From: Sphagnum compactum | Lineage: Eukaryota | Assembly: GCA_965153455.1 (NCBI GenBank) | Contig: OZ234493.1 | Coordinates: 19,830,213 to 19,894,212 of the forward strand | DNA length: 64,000 nt | Direction of reading: 5' to 3' | Shown here: positions 14,250-27,920 of the stretch, piece by piece | How the letters are laid out: each line of letters begins with the position of its first letter | Numbering within the stretch: position 1 is the stretch's first letter | The notes under the pieces: generated by a model | Told to the model about the DNA's origin: nothing | Database searches by the model: none | The model's input: only the letters and a program-made list of their open reading frames with translations | Translations under genes and position numbers: made by a program

Positions 14250-17200
14250 ATGTAGTTGAAAACTTTTGGTTAAAAAGGGGGGTTTTCTACTAGTGCATGT
14301 TTCATTCATCTCTTTAGTGATCCTTTATCCATTCATTTGCCAACCAAACTTGGAAAGCATCAAAGCTCAACAAGCTCCTTTCCACAAATGCAAATCGTAC
14401 GTCCTCTCAAAATGTACCTTTTCTTTTGCTAAACAACCTTATCTTTTTCTAAATTCTTGTGATTTGAAAGGGAGGACGCGGGGTAAGGGATTCCAATGGG
14501 GTTTTTGGGGGAAATGAAAAAAAACCTTCCTTTTATCATGTTTTGGAAATTCATAGAAAGGGAAATAGAAAGTCTTACTATCCATGGTTGGGAATGGCAA
14601 ACCAAAGTTTTTAGTTATGGCCATGAAAATGAGTAATGGGGGAGGGGTAACAAGCTTGATGGGATTAGGAAAAAAAGAATCACCTAATCTACCATCTTGA
14701 AGAAGGGGGAAACACGAAGGAATGCATCGTCTTAGACTTTGGAAAGTCAAGAACACAAGCATTCCCCTCCCCTGTTGTGAACTCCGATGACACGTGAATT
14801 TGATGCATCTCCCATTCAAAAAAATGCTCAATATTCATCACCAATTGACATGTATTTGGAACTCAAAGTCGACTTTTCATAAGCTTTGGTTACCAATGTC
14901 AAAAACACGGGCATAAAACACACTAAAATGAAGGTGATTGGTAGAACACTTGGGAATAATAAACCTTCACACAAATTCATTTTAAATTGACTAAATGAGA
15001 CATGCAAAATTGCATTTGCATGTTTCATTTGATTTAGTCAAGCTCCCCACCTCAAGCTTATGTTAAGGGGTGAAACTGCGGCCCCAAATCATTACCATCC
15101 TCCAGGAGGTAGGACCACGGGGTAAGGTTAACACCTTGTTACTCCATAAACAAAAGACTACCCTCACTAACTTATTTTACTACAACTATTCAAGTAGTAA
15201 ATAAGATGTCATACAAGTGAAAATGGGGAAAGTAAAGGTCTGTTGTCTAAAACTAGACCTACACTCATATCAGTTTTTGAATCCAGGGAGTAAAGGGTAG
15301 AACATAGAAAAAAACAAGGTGAAAAAAAGGGTAAACCTGAAAGTAATTACGTTCCCTGGGTCTATAATACCTTCAACATCCTCGAATACTACTTAGGGGG
15401 TATGTAGGCCCTTCTAACATTGTTGTCTTTCCCCTCCCCATGCCTACAAGTTCTCTAGTGGCTTAGCTTGCCACTTGCAACCTTCAAAATCCTTCCTCTG
15501 CATTTTATTGTCTACAACCAATTGTCATCCCTCTATAACTCATGCCTATTGCCTACCATAGTGCCTTCCAACTTACAGGAGGTAACTCGCTGGTCTATTA
15601 CCCCTTATTTCCACCACCACAATCCGGTTGTTACTTTTCTGTGGCAACCAGTAGCTTAGGGCTCCAAAGACTACTTAGTGGTCAGCCCCTTACTTTCTAT
15701 CTTAGAACATATGCAAATATATTAACTTAATGAAACATCCTACTTTTATCACCTAAACTGTTCTACCTTCCACATTTAATTGAACATCAATGCAACATAA
15801 GAAATTCGAGTCTTTTAACCATCTTCTATTAAAATCACACACAAAGTATATACTTATTTCTCCATTCCTCTCCTCCACTCTCCAAGTGAAAGTCCTACAT
15901 CTCCCAAAAATTTCGAATGAATTCCAAATCCCCTCAAACTTTCTCCTAGTCCCCCTTCCCCACATACCACACAAGGCCACGATCCCCCTAATCCTACCAT
16001 TATGGCCCATCTAAAATCATCCTCAAATTCAAATCATTTCCTCATTTTCCAAAAGGGTTTCATTTTTGGGGGTGGAGGATCATTACTACTTTCCCCCTCA
16101 TCATTCACTTGGCCTTGCCCTTCCTTCTGGCTCTACCCTCTTGCTCTTGCATGGGTGCTATGTTGCTTATCAACATCTCTCTCATGAAAGTCATCTTCCT
16201 CTACAACTAGTCTGATCTTCTCATGGTTGCTGTGATGGCGTCCTCCCTCGTCTCCTTTCCACTCCTATGTCTACCTCTTGTTGTAGCCATTTTCTCTTTT
16301 GCCTCCCGCTCTTTCCTGAGGTACATACTTTCCTTTATTATTTTTCTTATTATTCTTCCCCTTGCCTGCTGAATTTCTCTCAAGAACTAGCTCAATTTTT
16401 CTCTTTTCCAAGAATTACCTCCTACCTTCTTTTCAAATTTTTTCACCTCCCTTACTGGTTGTGCCTTGATTTATTTTTACAACACTAAAGGCAACTTCTC
16501 CTCTTCTTTCCATCGCGCTAAAGTTTGATTTTTCCACTCTTTCTAGAGGTTTTTCGCCTAGTTTCTCTCTTGTTCCCTTCAAGCTCTTTTCCTTTCCTTT
16601 TCAAGCTCTCAAAATGACAAAAAATGACAATGATGAAGAGTTTTTCCCACTTTTTTCTTGGAATGAAGGGACACACCTTTTTTTCTTCCCACATGTGTGG
16701 TGGGACTATAACCCCCATGGCTAAACCATCCTACCCTATGGGACAGGGTAGGTGTCATAAATACACCACACTTTGCACTCAACCCTTTAGGGTTTGATGG
16801 TGACCTCTCATCCCTTTTCATGATGGCTTGGTGTGGTGGTTGTCCACTTTTCATCCATGAATCTTCATCCTTGAAAATGGGTTGCACACAATACAAGCTT
16901 ATGGTGGCTAGTCCTAATTTATGCATTTTTTCCTACTTTGCCCCAATTTCCAAGTCTGCCATACCTTCCAGTGTTGCCCTAGTGCCTAGGACTACTCTAC
17001 TTGTTGGGTCTCTCCTACCATCTAGGTTTTTAATTACTTGGATTAGGGCCAAGGTAAGGTCTATTCAACTAATAGTAATACCTAAACAAGGCAAAGTTGA
17101 ATGAATTTAACAAGTCCCCCAACAATTTTAGAATCAAAAAACTTCTCTTGGGTTTTCACCAAACAAAAAAGGCAAGCTACAAGTGAATTGGATTGATGAA
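14250..17200 (-). mobile_element. Possible highly decayed LINE ORF1/endonuclease region
   Basis: The minus strand is purine-rich and coding-like, with faint endonuclease-like words ('VNIFA' ~15715, 'FTW' ~15885). There is no intact ORF, so the assignment is tentative. Confidence 0.3.
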
Positions 17201-19069
17201 AATCTATTCACAAAACTCTAAGCAAAAGATGAATAACAAAGTAATTAAGAGGAGCCATAACTAAACCCAAATCTCTAAGATGGAAGGTGTTGATGGGGAG
17301 AAAAAAAGACCAAAAAAGGAAGGAGAAGCCAACTATCCATGAAAAGAAAATAGACCCAATGTTTATAATTACTAAAAATAAGTACACACAAGATTGGCAA
17401 CCACCCAAAACACCCTCCACAAAAATAGGTTAAAAAAACATGCACTCTTCCACACCCAAGTCTTCTTTTTTCAAGGCAATGCACATCAACCCCATACCCA
17501 AATATGTTTAGCTAAGACCTTGAATGTGGTCAGTGTTCACAAAAATATCCAAAGACAAATTAGAGGTTTTGCTTTGTAACAAATATGTAGACCTACTTAA
17601 GCTTCTTTTAGGAATGAGAATAGTCAATAGTAATGAGGATTGCTAGAGTAAAACCTTAACTAAAGCTAAATTACCAATTTATACCTCCATGGGTTTAATA
17701 AAAAGCATTTTGAAACATCAACTAAACTTGCACTTTAACAAAGAAATGCAAATTGAATGGTGGTGGTGCTCAAATGTAGGAGGCGGAGGCGGGGGGGGGG
17801 GGGGGGGGGGTTGAGTGCACAATAATGGTACACATACCAATAGGCAATTCTTCCCATAGGTATTAAAAAAAAGAAATAAATAAAATGGAAGGATATGGAA
17901 AGCTTGGAAGAATTAAGAAAGTTGAACAACGTTTTCTAATTGAAAGACCAACTCACATCTCATTAACAAAGAAGGGACCCATGGAAGAGGCCAATGAATA
18001 TTTAAAAAATTAATTTTCAAGCACATACATTTGCACCCAAATAAGTAGGTAAAGGCACATCACAAGGGTGGTTGAGGCCTTTTCAAAGGATACATGGGCT
18101 AGTCTACAAGTGAGAACAACAAGCATCCTCAATTGGTCAAGGTGACATTTATGGACACAAAGGTGAGAGATGGAGAAAACACTAAAACAATGTAAAGATC
18201 AATCAATCTTGTGACTACCCTTTTAAGCCATGCTAATGTGTAACATGTCCATCCATCCGACATCTTTTGATGTGAGGGGTTTGGATTTTGGAAAAAGTAA
18301 AAGGAACCCAAAAAAAGTTGAGAAATTGGATACCAACTCTTCCATCTCCTCTCCATGTTATAATTACCTTCACTTGTATAAAACCTAGTTTTTTTTTTGG
18401 TTAAGTTAAGCCAAGTTTTCAATCATAATGAACAATGAACAATTTTGGTTACAATAAAAATGGACTAGTCATTTATGCCATAAACTTGATTAAGTTCAAA
18501 TGACTAAGATGACTGAAATGTTCCTTATTTAACTTAACTAAAAAAATCAAGTTGACTTAACATCCTACATGGCCAAATAAATAAATAAATAAACAAAACA
18601 TAAATATCTATATTTTTGAAGAACTATTACAACTATGATTTGTTGGATTGCCGCAAGTTTGTTGAATTTTTTCTTGAACTAGACTACCCAAAAAAAACAA
18701 AGAAACAAACAAAATTTATTTTTCCAATTACATGATTGTTGAACCCTTGTTTAGTCCTCCATTCAATTTTCATTTTTTAAATCATCATATAATAGGCCAT
18801 GTGTAAACTTTTTAACATATGACACAAAAGATAATCAAACCTTTCAACTTTTTTGCATACACCGAGGCCTTAACCATTGAACCACAACATCACATAATGA
18901 GAAAAGTTGACATCCATATATATATAAACATTAAATTAATTTTAAATATGTATTTCAAGGACTCAAATGTGATATTAAAAAAAATTATTCACTCTATAAA
19001 TTCAAATGTAGTGTCTTTAATGTCATCATCATCATTATTATTCTATACTTAAGCTTTTAAAAAATTCAT

Positions 19070-19947
19070 TTTTTTGAATTTTCAATGAATTTTTTATTCA
19101 AAACTCAATATTTCATACACCTTAGGTCTAAAAATTACCAAACCATCTATATTGAATCCTACTTATTGAAGTATTTCTACTAACACCAAGAGTTTACCCC
19201 AACTTTTAAACTTAAGTCTAAAATTCAGCTTTCATTCTCACTAAAAATTGAGATTTCATTTGTTAATAAATCTCTAGTGACAAACATAATTGATTCAAAA
19301 TTCAATATTGAGCTTTCATCCTAGGTCTAAACAACACAAAATCACTTCCATTAAATCCTACTCATTAAAATATTTCCAAAAGCACCAAGAACTTACCCCA
19401 AATTCTTTAACTGAAGCATGAAATTATAATTTCATTTTCATTAAAAAATGATTTCATTTGTTACTAAATTTTCACATACAAAAATGATTCAAAATCCAAT
19501 ATCTATTACACCTTAGGTTTAAAAATTATGAAACCACCACCATTTGATTCTAGTCACTAGAGGATTTACGGTACCAAGAGTACACTCAAACATCTTCGAC
19601 TTAAGTCTGATTTCTAATCAATTTGTATTAAAAATAAAATTTTCATTTGCTACTGAATTTCCAAAGACAAAAGTTATTCAAGATCTAGTTTATCCCATTA
19701 ATCATTGAGGGATTTCCAACAATATCAAGAACATGCCCCAATTGCCTCAAACTTTTTGTTTTGATTCATCGAATTTTCAATAATAAAATTAACGTTCAAT
19801 GACTTTTGCACCATGGGTCCAAAAACTTAGTGCACCCCTATTCATTGAGAATCCACTGGAACCAAAAATGCAATAGAAGGTGTTGTTGGTTTGAGAGATT
19901 TTGAAGTGACAAATGTTTTTTGAAAAACTACTTTATTTAATAGTAGA
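19070..19947 (-). mobile_element. Non-autonomous Helitron-like repeat, copy 2, with internal ~190 bp degenerate tandem units
   Basis: The minus strand starts A|TCTACTATTAAAT at 19947. It belongs to the same family as 10145-10582. Internal units repeat 'CCTTAGGTCTAAA...AATCCTACT.ATT...CACCAAGA' at about 19100, 19300 and 19490. Confidence 0.5.
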
Positions 19948-20299
19948 TTCATTATAAACAACAATTAAAAGCATGAAAATTATATTATATTTTCATTTTT
20001 AATTAACTAAAATTTAAGATTTTTTATTTTTATTTTTTCGATTTTAATGTTACCACATCATCAAAAGCAGCATTATAATGACAAGGTGTCATATTTGGAT
20101 GACATATTTAAGTCACATTAATCCTAGTAGTCAAATCAAACAATTTCAAGTTAGTGTCATATATGTCATGTGCATAGTATGATATTTGATTTGATTGCCA
20201 AAAGGTTATTTCAAAAAACTCACATCTTTTATGGGCGTATAGGATCTTTAATATTAGGCCTAACTAAGTTAATTTTTTCTACATTTTACAAAATTTAAT

Positions 20300-21200
20300 T
20301 CTAGCAAACTCACTTAGAACAACCAACACAATGTCAAACTTGCAAAACAAGGGTTTATGAGGATCACAATGCACATCCAAATATGGAGCCCTTTGCAAGG
20401 TTGATAGGGCCGATTCCTCTCTCCCTCCCAAAGCCCTCATATGGTTGTTTGATGCAAGTTCAATGGACCATTTCCCTTGGGACCCAAAGGAGTCGAATTG
20501 GGAAGGATGTCCCTCATTCGTGACGCCCATTTCTTTGCATACATAGCCAAGAGAGGCTACATTACTAAATGTGAGTAGAAAACCATCCTCCTTTTTCCTT
20601 ATGACCTTTTTGCAATAGTTCAATCTCCTTTCCACCACCCTTCAATAGATCATCTATAAATTGTGACACAACTCCAAAGCTCAAAAAGTAGCCATTTTAG
20701 TTTGGTTGATCCTTAACCACAATCACCTTGTGGGATATTGGTTGGCCTACATGGGATTACTTACAAGTTACAAAGTTTGTGATAATGACACCATTGAAAT
20801 GCCACAACATTACACATTGGATTGTCCCAAAGCTAGAATTGTCTAGGACACCTTTCTTTAGATCTAGCACAGGTGGGACATCCTAACTCTTGGACTTTTA
20901 TGTGACATAGTAGCCCCTAGAAAGCAAGATGATTTAGATATTCACAAACTTCATAGAGGAGGATTTTCTTATAATAAATAACTATTAGACATTCTTCATT
21001 GTTGTATTATGTACTTTTTATGGGTTGAGAGATGCCATAAGCATTTTGATGATGAATACTTTACTAGTAGGATTCTTCACTAGGCTTGGACCTCCATTGT
21101 TGAGGTCAACATGGCCACTTGATATGATATCAACATTCATAGGAGCACTAGAGAGGCTAGCTTGCAAGCTAACATAAACACTTCTATGTCAAGTGTCACT
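20300..21200 (+). mobile_element. 3' remnant of a LINE (non-LTR retrotransposon), zf-RVT region
   Basis: 20721-20846 translates NHLVGYWLAYMGLLTSYKVCDNDTIEMPQHYTLDCPKARIV*, a decayed C..C...E...H...CP.A..W zinc finger. 'FLWVERCHKHFD' near 21015 is typical of L1-clade ORF2 ends. Boundaries approximate. Confidence 0.6.
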
Positions 21201-24200
21201 CTTGTTAATAAAATTTAGAGATTTACAATACTCCAAGATTTTCATGGAGTTGTTGAAACATTCAATTCTCTATGTAGTGTGCAATGTTTTTTTTTCTAAC
21301 AATTATTTTCCTCAATCCAAAAAATGGATTTTTGGGGAAAATTTGCCACATTTTGTATATCAAGAAATTGAAAATGAAAACCGTCGTTATTGTTACAAAT
21401 GTGTGACAACAATCATGCCACACAAAACTAATGTTACGAAATTCAAGTATCATATCCAAAGATAATTTTTTGAAGGAGATAAAACACTATTCAAAAGGCT
21501 TCTTCAAATTCATGAAAACTATAAAGGCATATTTATACATGCACAATGCCATTGAATGATTCAATTTTCAACACATAAATCCAACACCTAAGTTACTTAC
21601 AATGTATGTCCAACATGTCATTGATAGGTGTTGATGAACAAACCATAACTATAAAAGAAATAAAACATGTCATGAAGCCTATACACAACTACTAAGAGTG
21701 ATGTGCAATTGTACAATCTAACATCATGCAAGGTAAAAAATGAAAAAATAAATTTACCTATTTGCTTAGTGCATGCAACCCCAAGTTTCAGTGTTTTTTC
21801 TTGAATTTTGTGAACGGATACCATGCTAAAAATACCCCAATATTCAGTTTTTCTCAATGAATTTTCTGATGTAGCCAAGTGGTGATCATCCATTGGAAGT
21901 GTAGTGAAAGTGGTGATCGTCCATAGAAAAGTTTAGCAAAATCTGGGCTATAAACTGGATAGTTCAAAATTTTAATATCTTTTTATATTTTTGGCTACTT
22001 ATTAGAACCAAACATAGAAATCTAGTAAACTTTACTATTCAATTTTCCAATTTACGGAGATTCAAACCCTAATAAATCACTTCATTTTCAATTTTCAATT
22101 TGTTAATTTCTCTTTTTGGTAAAATTTCACTAGTGAAAATATTGAACCAAGCCATTGTGAAAATAGTGAGACAATGAATGTTTGATCCTTCTTTTCCAAA
22201 TGGTTGCCTAAGGTTTGGCTAGACATTATTGCCTTAGGCAACCTAATCAAAACCTTAGGCAACCATATCACAAAAAAAAAAGTTATAATTTTTTGAAGTT
22301 TTGTATGCACAACAAAAAAATCTTTATGTTGAGAGCATCCAAAGTGTAGAAATATTTTGTGATGTATGGGTCAACCAAGAAGGCCCATCACAAGAATAGA
22401 AGTTTCACACCTTGAATGCACCCACAACTAATTAGTAGAAATACGCTATCCTATATCACCATAGCATGTACTATACTCAAACATTTGAGCATTGCAATTT
22501 TAAGTTGGATGAAACATAGGAACTCATTTTCTACTCATAAGACCTTAATATAATGAAATTCACAATACATGTTTAAAGAAAAATGAACTTTTGAGTCTCC
22601 TCTAAGGAGGGACTTTGAAGGTTTGGGAGAACAATACTATAGTACCTTGACCATTTCAACACATGTCCGTCGAATAATTAATTAATTTTGAAAAATTCAT
22701 TTCAACAAATAGAAATATTCCCAAATATTCACTCTTTTCCTTCACAACATTATTTGATTTGTAAGAAATAATTTTTGAAAATTTCAACGTTTCTAAGAAC
22801 AATATAATTAGTGTCAAATTGGCCAAGGTACTAAGGTATACAAACCATATTGCTCTATGACATTTGAATCCAAGAATGGTTCTATCCCTTGAGCAAAACA
22901 CTTTGAAAAGTGAAGGAAATGACAAGTGTTGGTCTGGTATATAGGCTTGTGCTCTCGTATCAAAACACATAGCAAGCACCCTACCAGTTTGATATGAGTT
23001 CATGAGGCAAATACAAGCATTATATCAGTACCAGCTTAGTAGTAATCTGGGTGATATTCCTACATTACCTAATATCAGTTTTATACCAACCTCAAAACCT
23101 CGACCATACATCAATATATCACTACTACAAAATGTGGGTGCAGTTCATTGGTCCCTGTTCACTAGACCTGTGAATTTACTCAAAATCGAGTGAAATCACT
23201 TGACATACAAGGACACCTTTTGTTGTAATGTATGTATGCATTGATGTATAAACACATGTATTGTATGTGTATGTACATTATAAAAGTTATGTACTTTGTA
23301 CTTATATACATAATATATGTCATATATTATGTATATATGGCATACATTTTATGAATGGAAGCCATATTTGGTCCACATCCTTTTGGCAATTTCATCACAA
23401 TTTCACAGGATAATCTTAAAATAGGCTAAAGAGGTGCAAAAAGTTGTGGCGCTTATTAGACCAAGTGCCAACACAGGTGCAGCAGTTTAAGACAGCACTG
23501 GAATGAACCAAAATCCAACCAACCCAACAAACTTTAAGTTCTGTGGAGGTTGTAGAACAAATGGATTTGAACGAATCCTAATGTTAGTAGTAGTAGTAGT
23601 AGTCTCTATTACTTTTTTTGGGGGGCTACTTTCATTCTGAGGGAGATGTCGGAATATAAAGTAAGCATGCCGAAAAGTGAGGAATACTTTACACGTTGGA
23701 ACAATAACAGATACACTTACAACAATTTGTGAAAAAGACCCAAAACCCAAAAGAAAAATCCCACTGATATGATCAGCTCAAGACTTAGTTAGAGCAACTC
23801 CACCCATACTTCATTGTGGAAAGACAAAAATGTCAAGCCCTTTTACAAAACTGAAAAGAGCGCACCCCCAAGACCTCTTGTGTTAGGAGTGAATATATAA
23901 TATCATGGATTTTAGGCTCCGTCCAAATACATTGGGAAATCTCTGAGAATGTCATTATGATCCTGCAAATCCTTTGAATTGAGAAACCCAGTTTCATGAA
24001 GCAATACAAATTACATCTCAAATTGGGGATGAAATAGGGATTACAGGGTGGGAAATCAGGTCCTAACTATAGGATGACTTTATGGATACTTGTAAGTATT
24101 GTGAACTCTGAGTTCATCTTTCCAGAACTTGATGGAACATTTGAACTTGGTTCATGAAGCAGAGCCATCACACAATGAGCTATGAAAGACATTAAACACC

Positions 24201-24886
24201 TCTCAACTAGCTCTAATATCCTACTCATTATTTCTTCGTCAACTCAATTGCTCAACATGGCATAAACCTGTTTGGTTCAAACACATGATTTAATTGGTTT
24301 GAACCTTAATTTTTAGGTTAAGTAAAAAAATAATGTTTGTTATTATTCAATCACCAAAACTATGCTAATGATAGGTGTTCTCAATCTCCTTAGAAATGTT
24401 AAGTTTGGAAATTGGTGTGAGACAACAACAACCAAAAAAAATTTACAACTCTATTTGCACAGAACTATGTAGAATGCAAAAAAGACACAAGGAGAAGACA
24501 AGCCTGAAAATGTGCACGACAAAGCTTGTTGGGGACAGGGAAAGGGCATATCTAATTAGTGTCCCCATGAGCTACCACGTGTTGAGTCTCCCATGGAATA
24601 TGACTAGGATTGTTTAACTCTCGGCAAACACATTGACATGTATATGATGAGCTTCTGGTCACTTAGGCCAAAAGTTTTGGGTGGGGGGAGGGGTGTGTGG
24701 AACTTCGAAGAACTTAAATGCCCGAAGATCTGGGGCTGCAAGCTCCCAGAAGGAGAAGGAGAAGGAGCAATGGGAATTGGGTTGGCGTGAGGAGGACACT
24801 TCCGGATTGTATGAAACACACACCAATCAAATAGTGGCTTTCAGTACTAGGCTGAAATAATAAATTGTTTCTTTCTTTTCACCGTA

Positions 24887-24959
24887 GTCAAGGGAGATGG
24901 CAGAAGAGTCAAGTGTATACCAAACCAACACTTGATATTCTTCTGCCATCTCCCTTGAC
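24887..24959. ncRNA. Candidate pre-miRNA-like hairpin (unassigned)
   Basis: 24887-24907 GTCAAGGGAGATGGCAGAAGA is the exact reverse complement of 24939-24959 TCTTCTGCCATCTCCCTTGAC. A further 9 bp pair after a 2-nt bulge, closing an 11-nt loop. Expression is unknown. Confidence 0.4.
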
Positions 24960-26399
24960 CTGTCTTTCTTCTGTGGAAGCAACGACCCTACGAGGCTAGT
25001 ATGACCTGAGGCAATAGAGCTTGATAACAATACTATCCTTGTTACCTAACCTTGTGACAACTAAGGACTTGAGGTAATATCCATCATGTACCAGTTTTCA
25101 ATACTAAGGATATATACGTGCATCATACCAGCCAAATAACAATCTTGAACCCAATACCAGGACCAGATCAGTATGAAAAGCTTTTATAAGTACCCAATAC
25201 CAACACCCGACGGCTATGAAATTTTAATTGAAGTACCCAACATCAAGACCAGCTGGTATGTTCAAAAGTCAATACCAGACCACGATGGAAGAATTCCTGG
25301 CTCTTCCATCCTCACCACCCCGCCGGCCTCCCTCACCTGGAAACCTTGGGTGAATAAAAAATTCTTAGGTGAAAATTGAAGTTTAGCCTTGATTACCGAT
25401 CAAGAGGGTATAGGAACCTTCCAATTTTCAATAGGGTTTGAGATTAGAGTGTTCTTAGCAACTTCCTTGAGTGAATAGGTATAGAACAATATGTTAATCA
25501 TACTAGCCATAATTGGCCATGCTAATGGCATATTAAGGTTGGGAGGGTGGGCCCAAATAATAAATTGAAGATTTTTTTTTGGTTCAAAAGTTGCAATTGT
25601 TTTACATAGCTATTGAGGTTTCATATTGTGATTTTAGCTATTTTGCTCATTTAATCCTATTATTACAAAAGATATATATATTTTTTCCAAAAACCCGTTG
25701 TCTAGTTTGAGTGAAGTGATTAGTGCATTTTTGAGACATACGTAAATCAATCAAAATACATATCCAAACATTTCATGAGAGAGTGCTTTATCATTTCAAG
25801 CTCATTTAATCATTACTAAAAGGTGGCTATGTGTTTGTGCCAAAACAATAAACCTTCTCTTATTTCAAAATAATGATATTTGGTCTGATTGAAATGATCA
25901 ATGCATTTCACCACACAATTAATGGAATCAAGATACACATCAAAATATGAAAACAATATTAGCCTACCCGTTCAATGTCACTAGCAAGCCACACAAACAT
26001 TGATCAAGAATCTAAGTCGCACATAGTCACTTTAAGAGATGGATTTTATGCCAGATTTTGATTTGCTTCCAAATATTAAAGATGAGTTAATTCAAGAAGA
26101 TCAATCTAGCGATCAAAATTCATATGAAACTAATGAAAGTCAAAATGCAACTTGTGAACATGAATAATGGGCCTAGGTGAAGAGAGTTGCCTTCAAATGT
26201 TCGATCCTTTTATGTTCTTCCAACATGAATTAAACCAACATCGTGCAATGACTTTTCTTGGATTCAACAAACTACATTCACATCACATTTCACAAGGTTA
26301 ACATACATACAATTTTTTTACACATTTTGACAACCAATAATCGTGTCATAATTTGCAAGGACCCAACATTACTATGCAGTGAAATTTGACTAGTCAACA

Positions 26400-27920
26400 C
26401 GTTACACATGGGGAAGAACTATTGAAAATAATGACAACTATAATTATGTTGATATGTAGCATGACATGGTAGTGGTTGAAGGTGGATCAAAAATTGCATC
26501 TACATTACACTTCTAGACAATCTGAATCGTCTCCTCGAAGAACCATTTGTGTGAGGTGACACCAAGTAAAGGTAGAGGCAACTGTGCTTGAGAAAATTGA
26601 TGAAATAACGTTTGTAGATTACATAAAAAAGATGTGGATGATAGCATCCAATCACATTTAAACAGTTGTGACTTAAAAGGTAACAAAAATTACATAAAGA
26701 GGACAATTCCATTCAAGAATTTAATTTTGGGTTGGGGCTACTATGGTGGTTCAAAAAACACAACTTAGATTTATCACTATATAGAGTTCAAGGACTTGAT
26801 GTCGGCCACGAAAAAAGATTATGCCCCAATATTATTGTAATTTTTTATGAGAATCTACAACATGTTTCTAATCTACACAACAACAATGTCCACCAAATTT
26901 GGAACTCTAACAAATTTGGCGCACAAGTTGGTCATAACGATGGCGCCCTTGTGCTCATTAAAATTAGATTGAAAAAGTTGCATCCCATTATTTTAGATGA
27001 AAAAAATGGTTGTTTGTACTATTTTGCATCATGAACCCATATTATGATTCGATTATTAGCTTTTACATTTTCAAAGGTTAACAATTCAAACATAACTACA
27101 TTGAACATTGTGAAAGTGGATTTACAATGACAATGCAACCCAAAGCATGGATGATTGCATGTTGTTTTCCACATGGATTTTTCACTTCATGTAGTAGTGC
27201 AAGCACAATGATGCAACATGTCAGCAAACAATACAAAATTTCAAATCACAAATTTCATGGGCCACGATTTGGCAATAATAGTCGTGAGAAATATGTTTTT
27301 CATAGGTTCGTATGCAGTAGACACAAATATCATTCATCTATGTGTATTGTTTGAACATTGATGTTGTGCACACATCATTTAAACATGAATGTCATATGCA
27401 TATTCACATTGTTTAAACATAGATGTTGTATGTCTATTTGTGTTGTTTCCACATGAAAATTGTGCACTCAACTTTCATGTTTAAATAATGCATGACATTC
27501 GTGTTTAAATAATATAAACTTATGAAATAACAAATTTTGCATGGATTTGAAACGAACCCATAAAGCCTATAACTTTGTGATGACTTAACAATCACAACTC
27601 CCACATCATGGTGGATGTAGTCCAAACACCAAGAAAATTATTGATAGTCTTAATTATTTTACTATCGGTTACATCCCATGCACTATACTTGTTAAATGTT
27701 TTGGGTATATAAAGATGTTCAAACATTAGCAAACAAAAGGAAAAGTGTGAAAAAAAAAAATTGGCACAATGGGTATCACTAATTTTCAAAAAACAATTCA
27801 TGTCCCACAATATTAAAAAAGGGTTTGGAACAATTAGCATGTACATCACAAATTTGCAATATCATGAAATTTCAATAGATTCCATGCGAAAATCATTAAA
27901 AAATATGTCTATACAAAATC
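26400..27920 (+). mobile_element. Degenerate pogo/Tigger-like (Tc1/mariner superfamily, CENP-B/DDE_1) transposase
   Basis: Fragments in the expected order: 'WWFKKHNLDLSL..QGLDVG...FYENLQH...QIWNSNKFGAQVG' (26732-27034; consensus IWNxDESG), 'QPKAWM' (~27136), 'HNSHIMVDVV...TSHAL' (~27593-27690; consensus DGHxSH...LPxHTSHALQPLD) and 'LAQWVSL...NIKKGF' (27761+). Frameshifted; ends not defined. Confidence 0.8.

Noticed and set aside
17779..17810. G-runs (also 49922-49960) as G-quadruplex candidates
   Set aside because: These are simple homopolymer tracts in repeat-rich intergenic DNA with no functional context.
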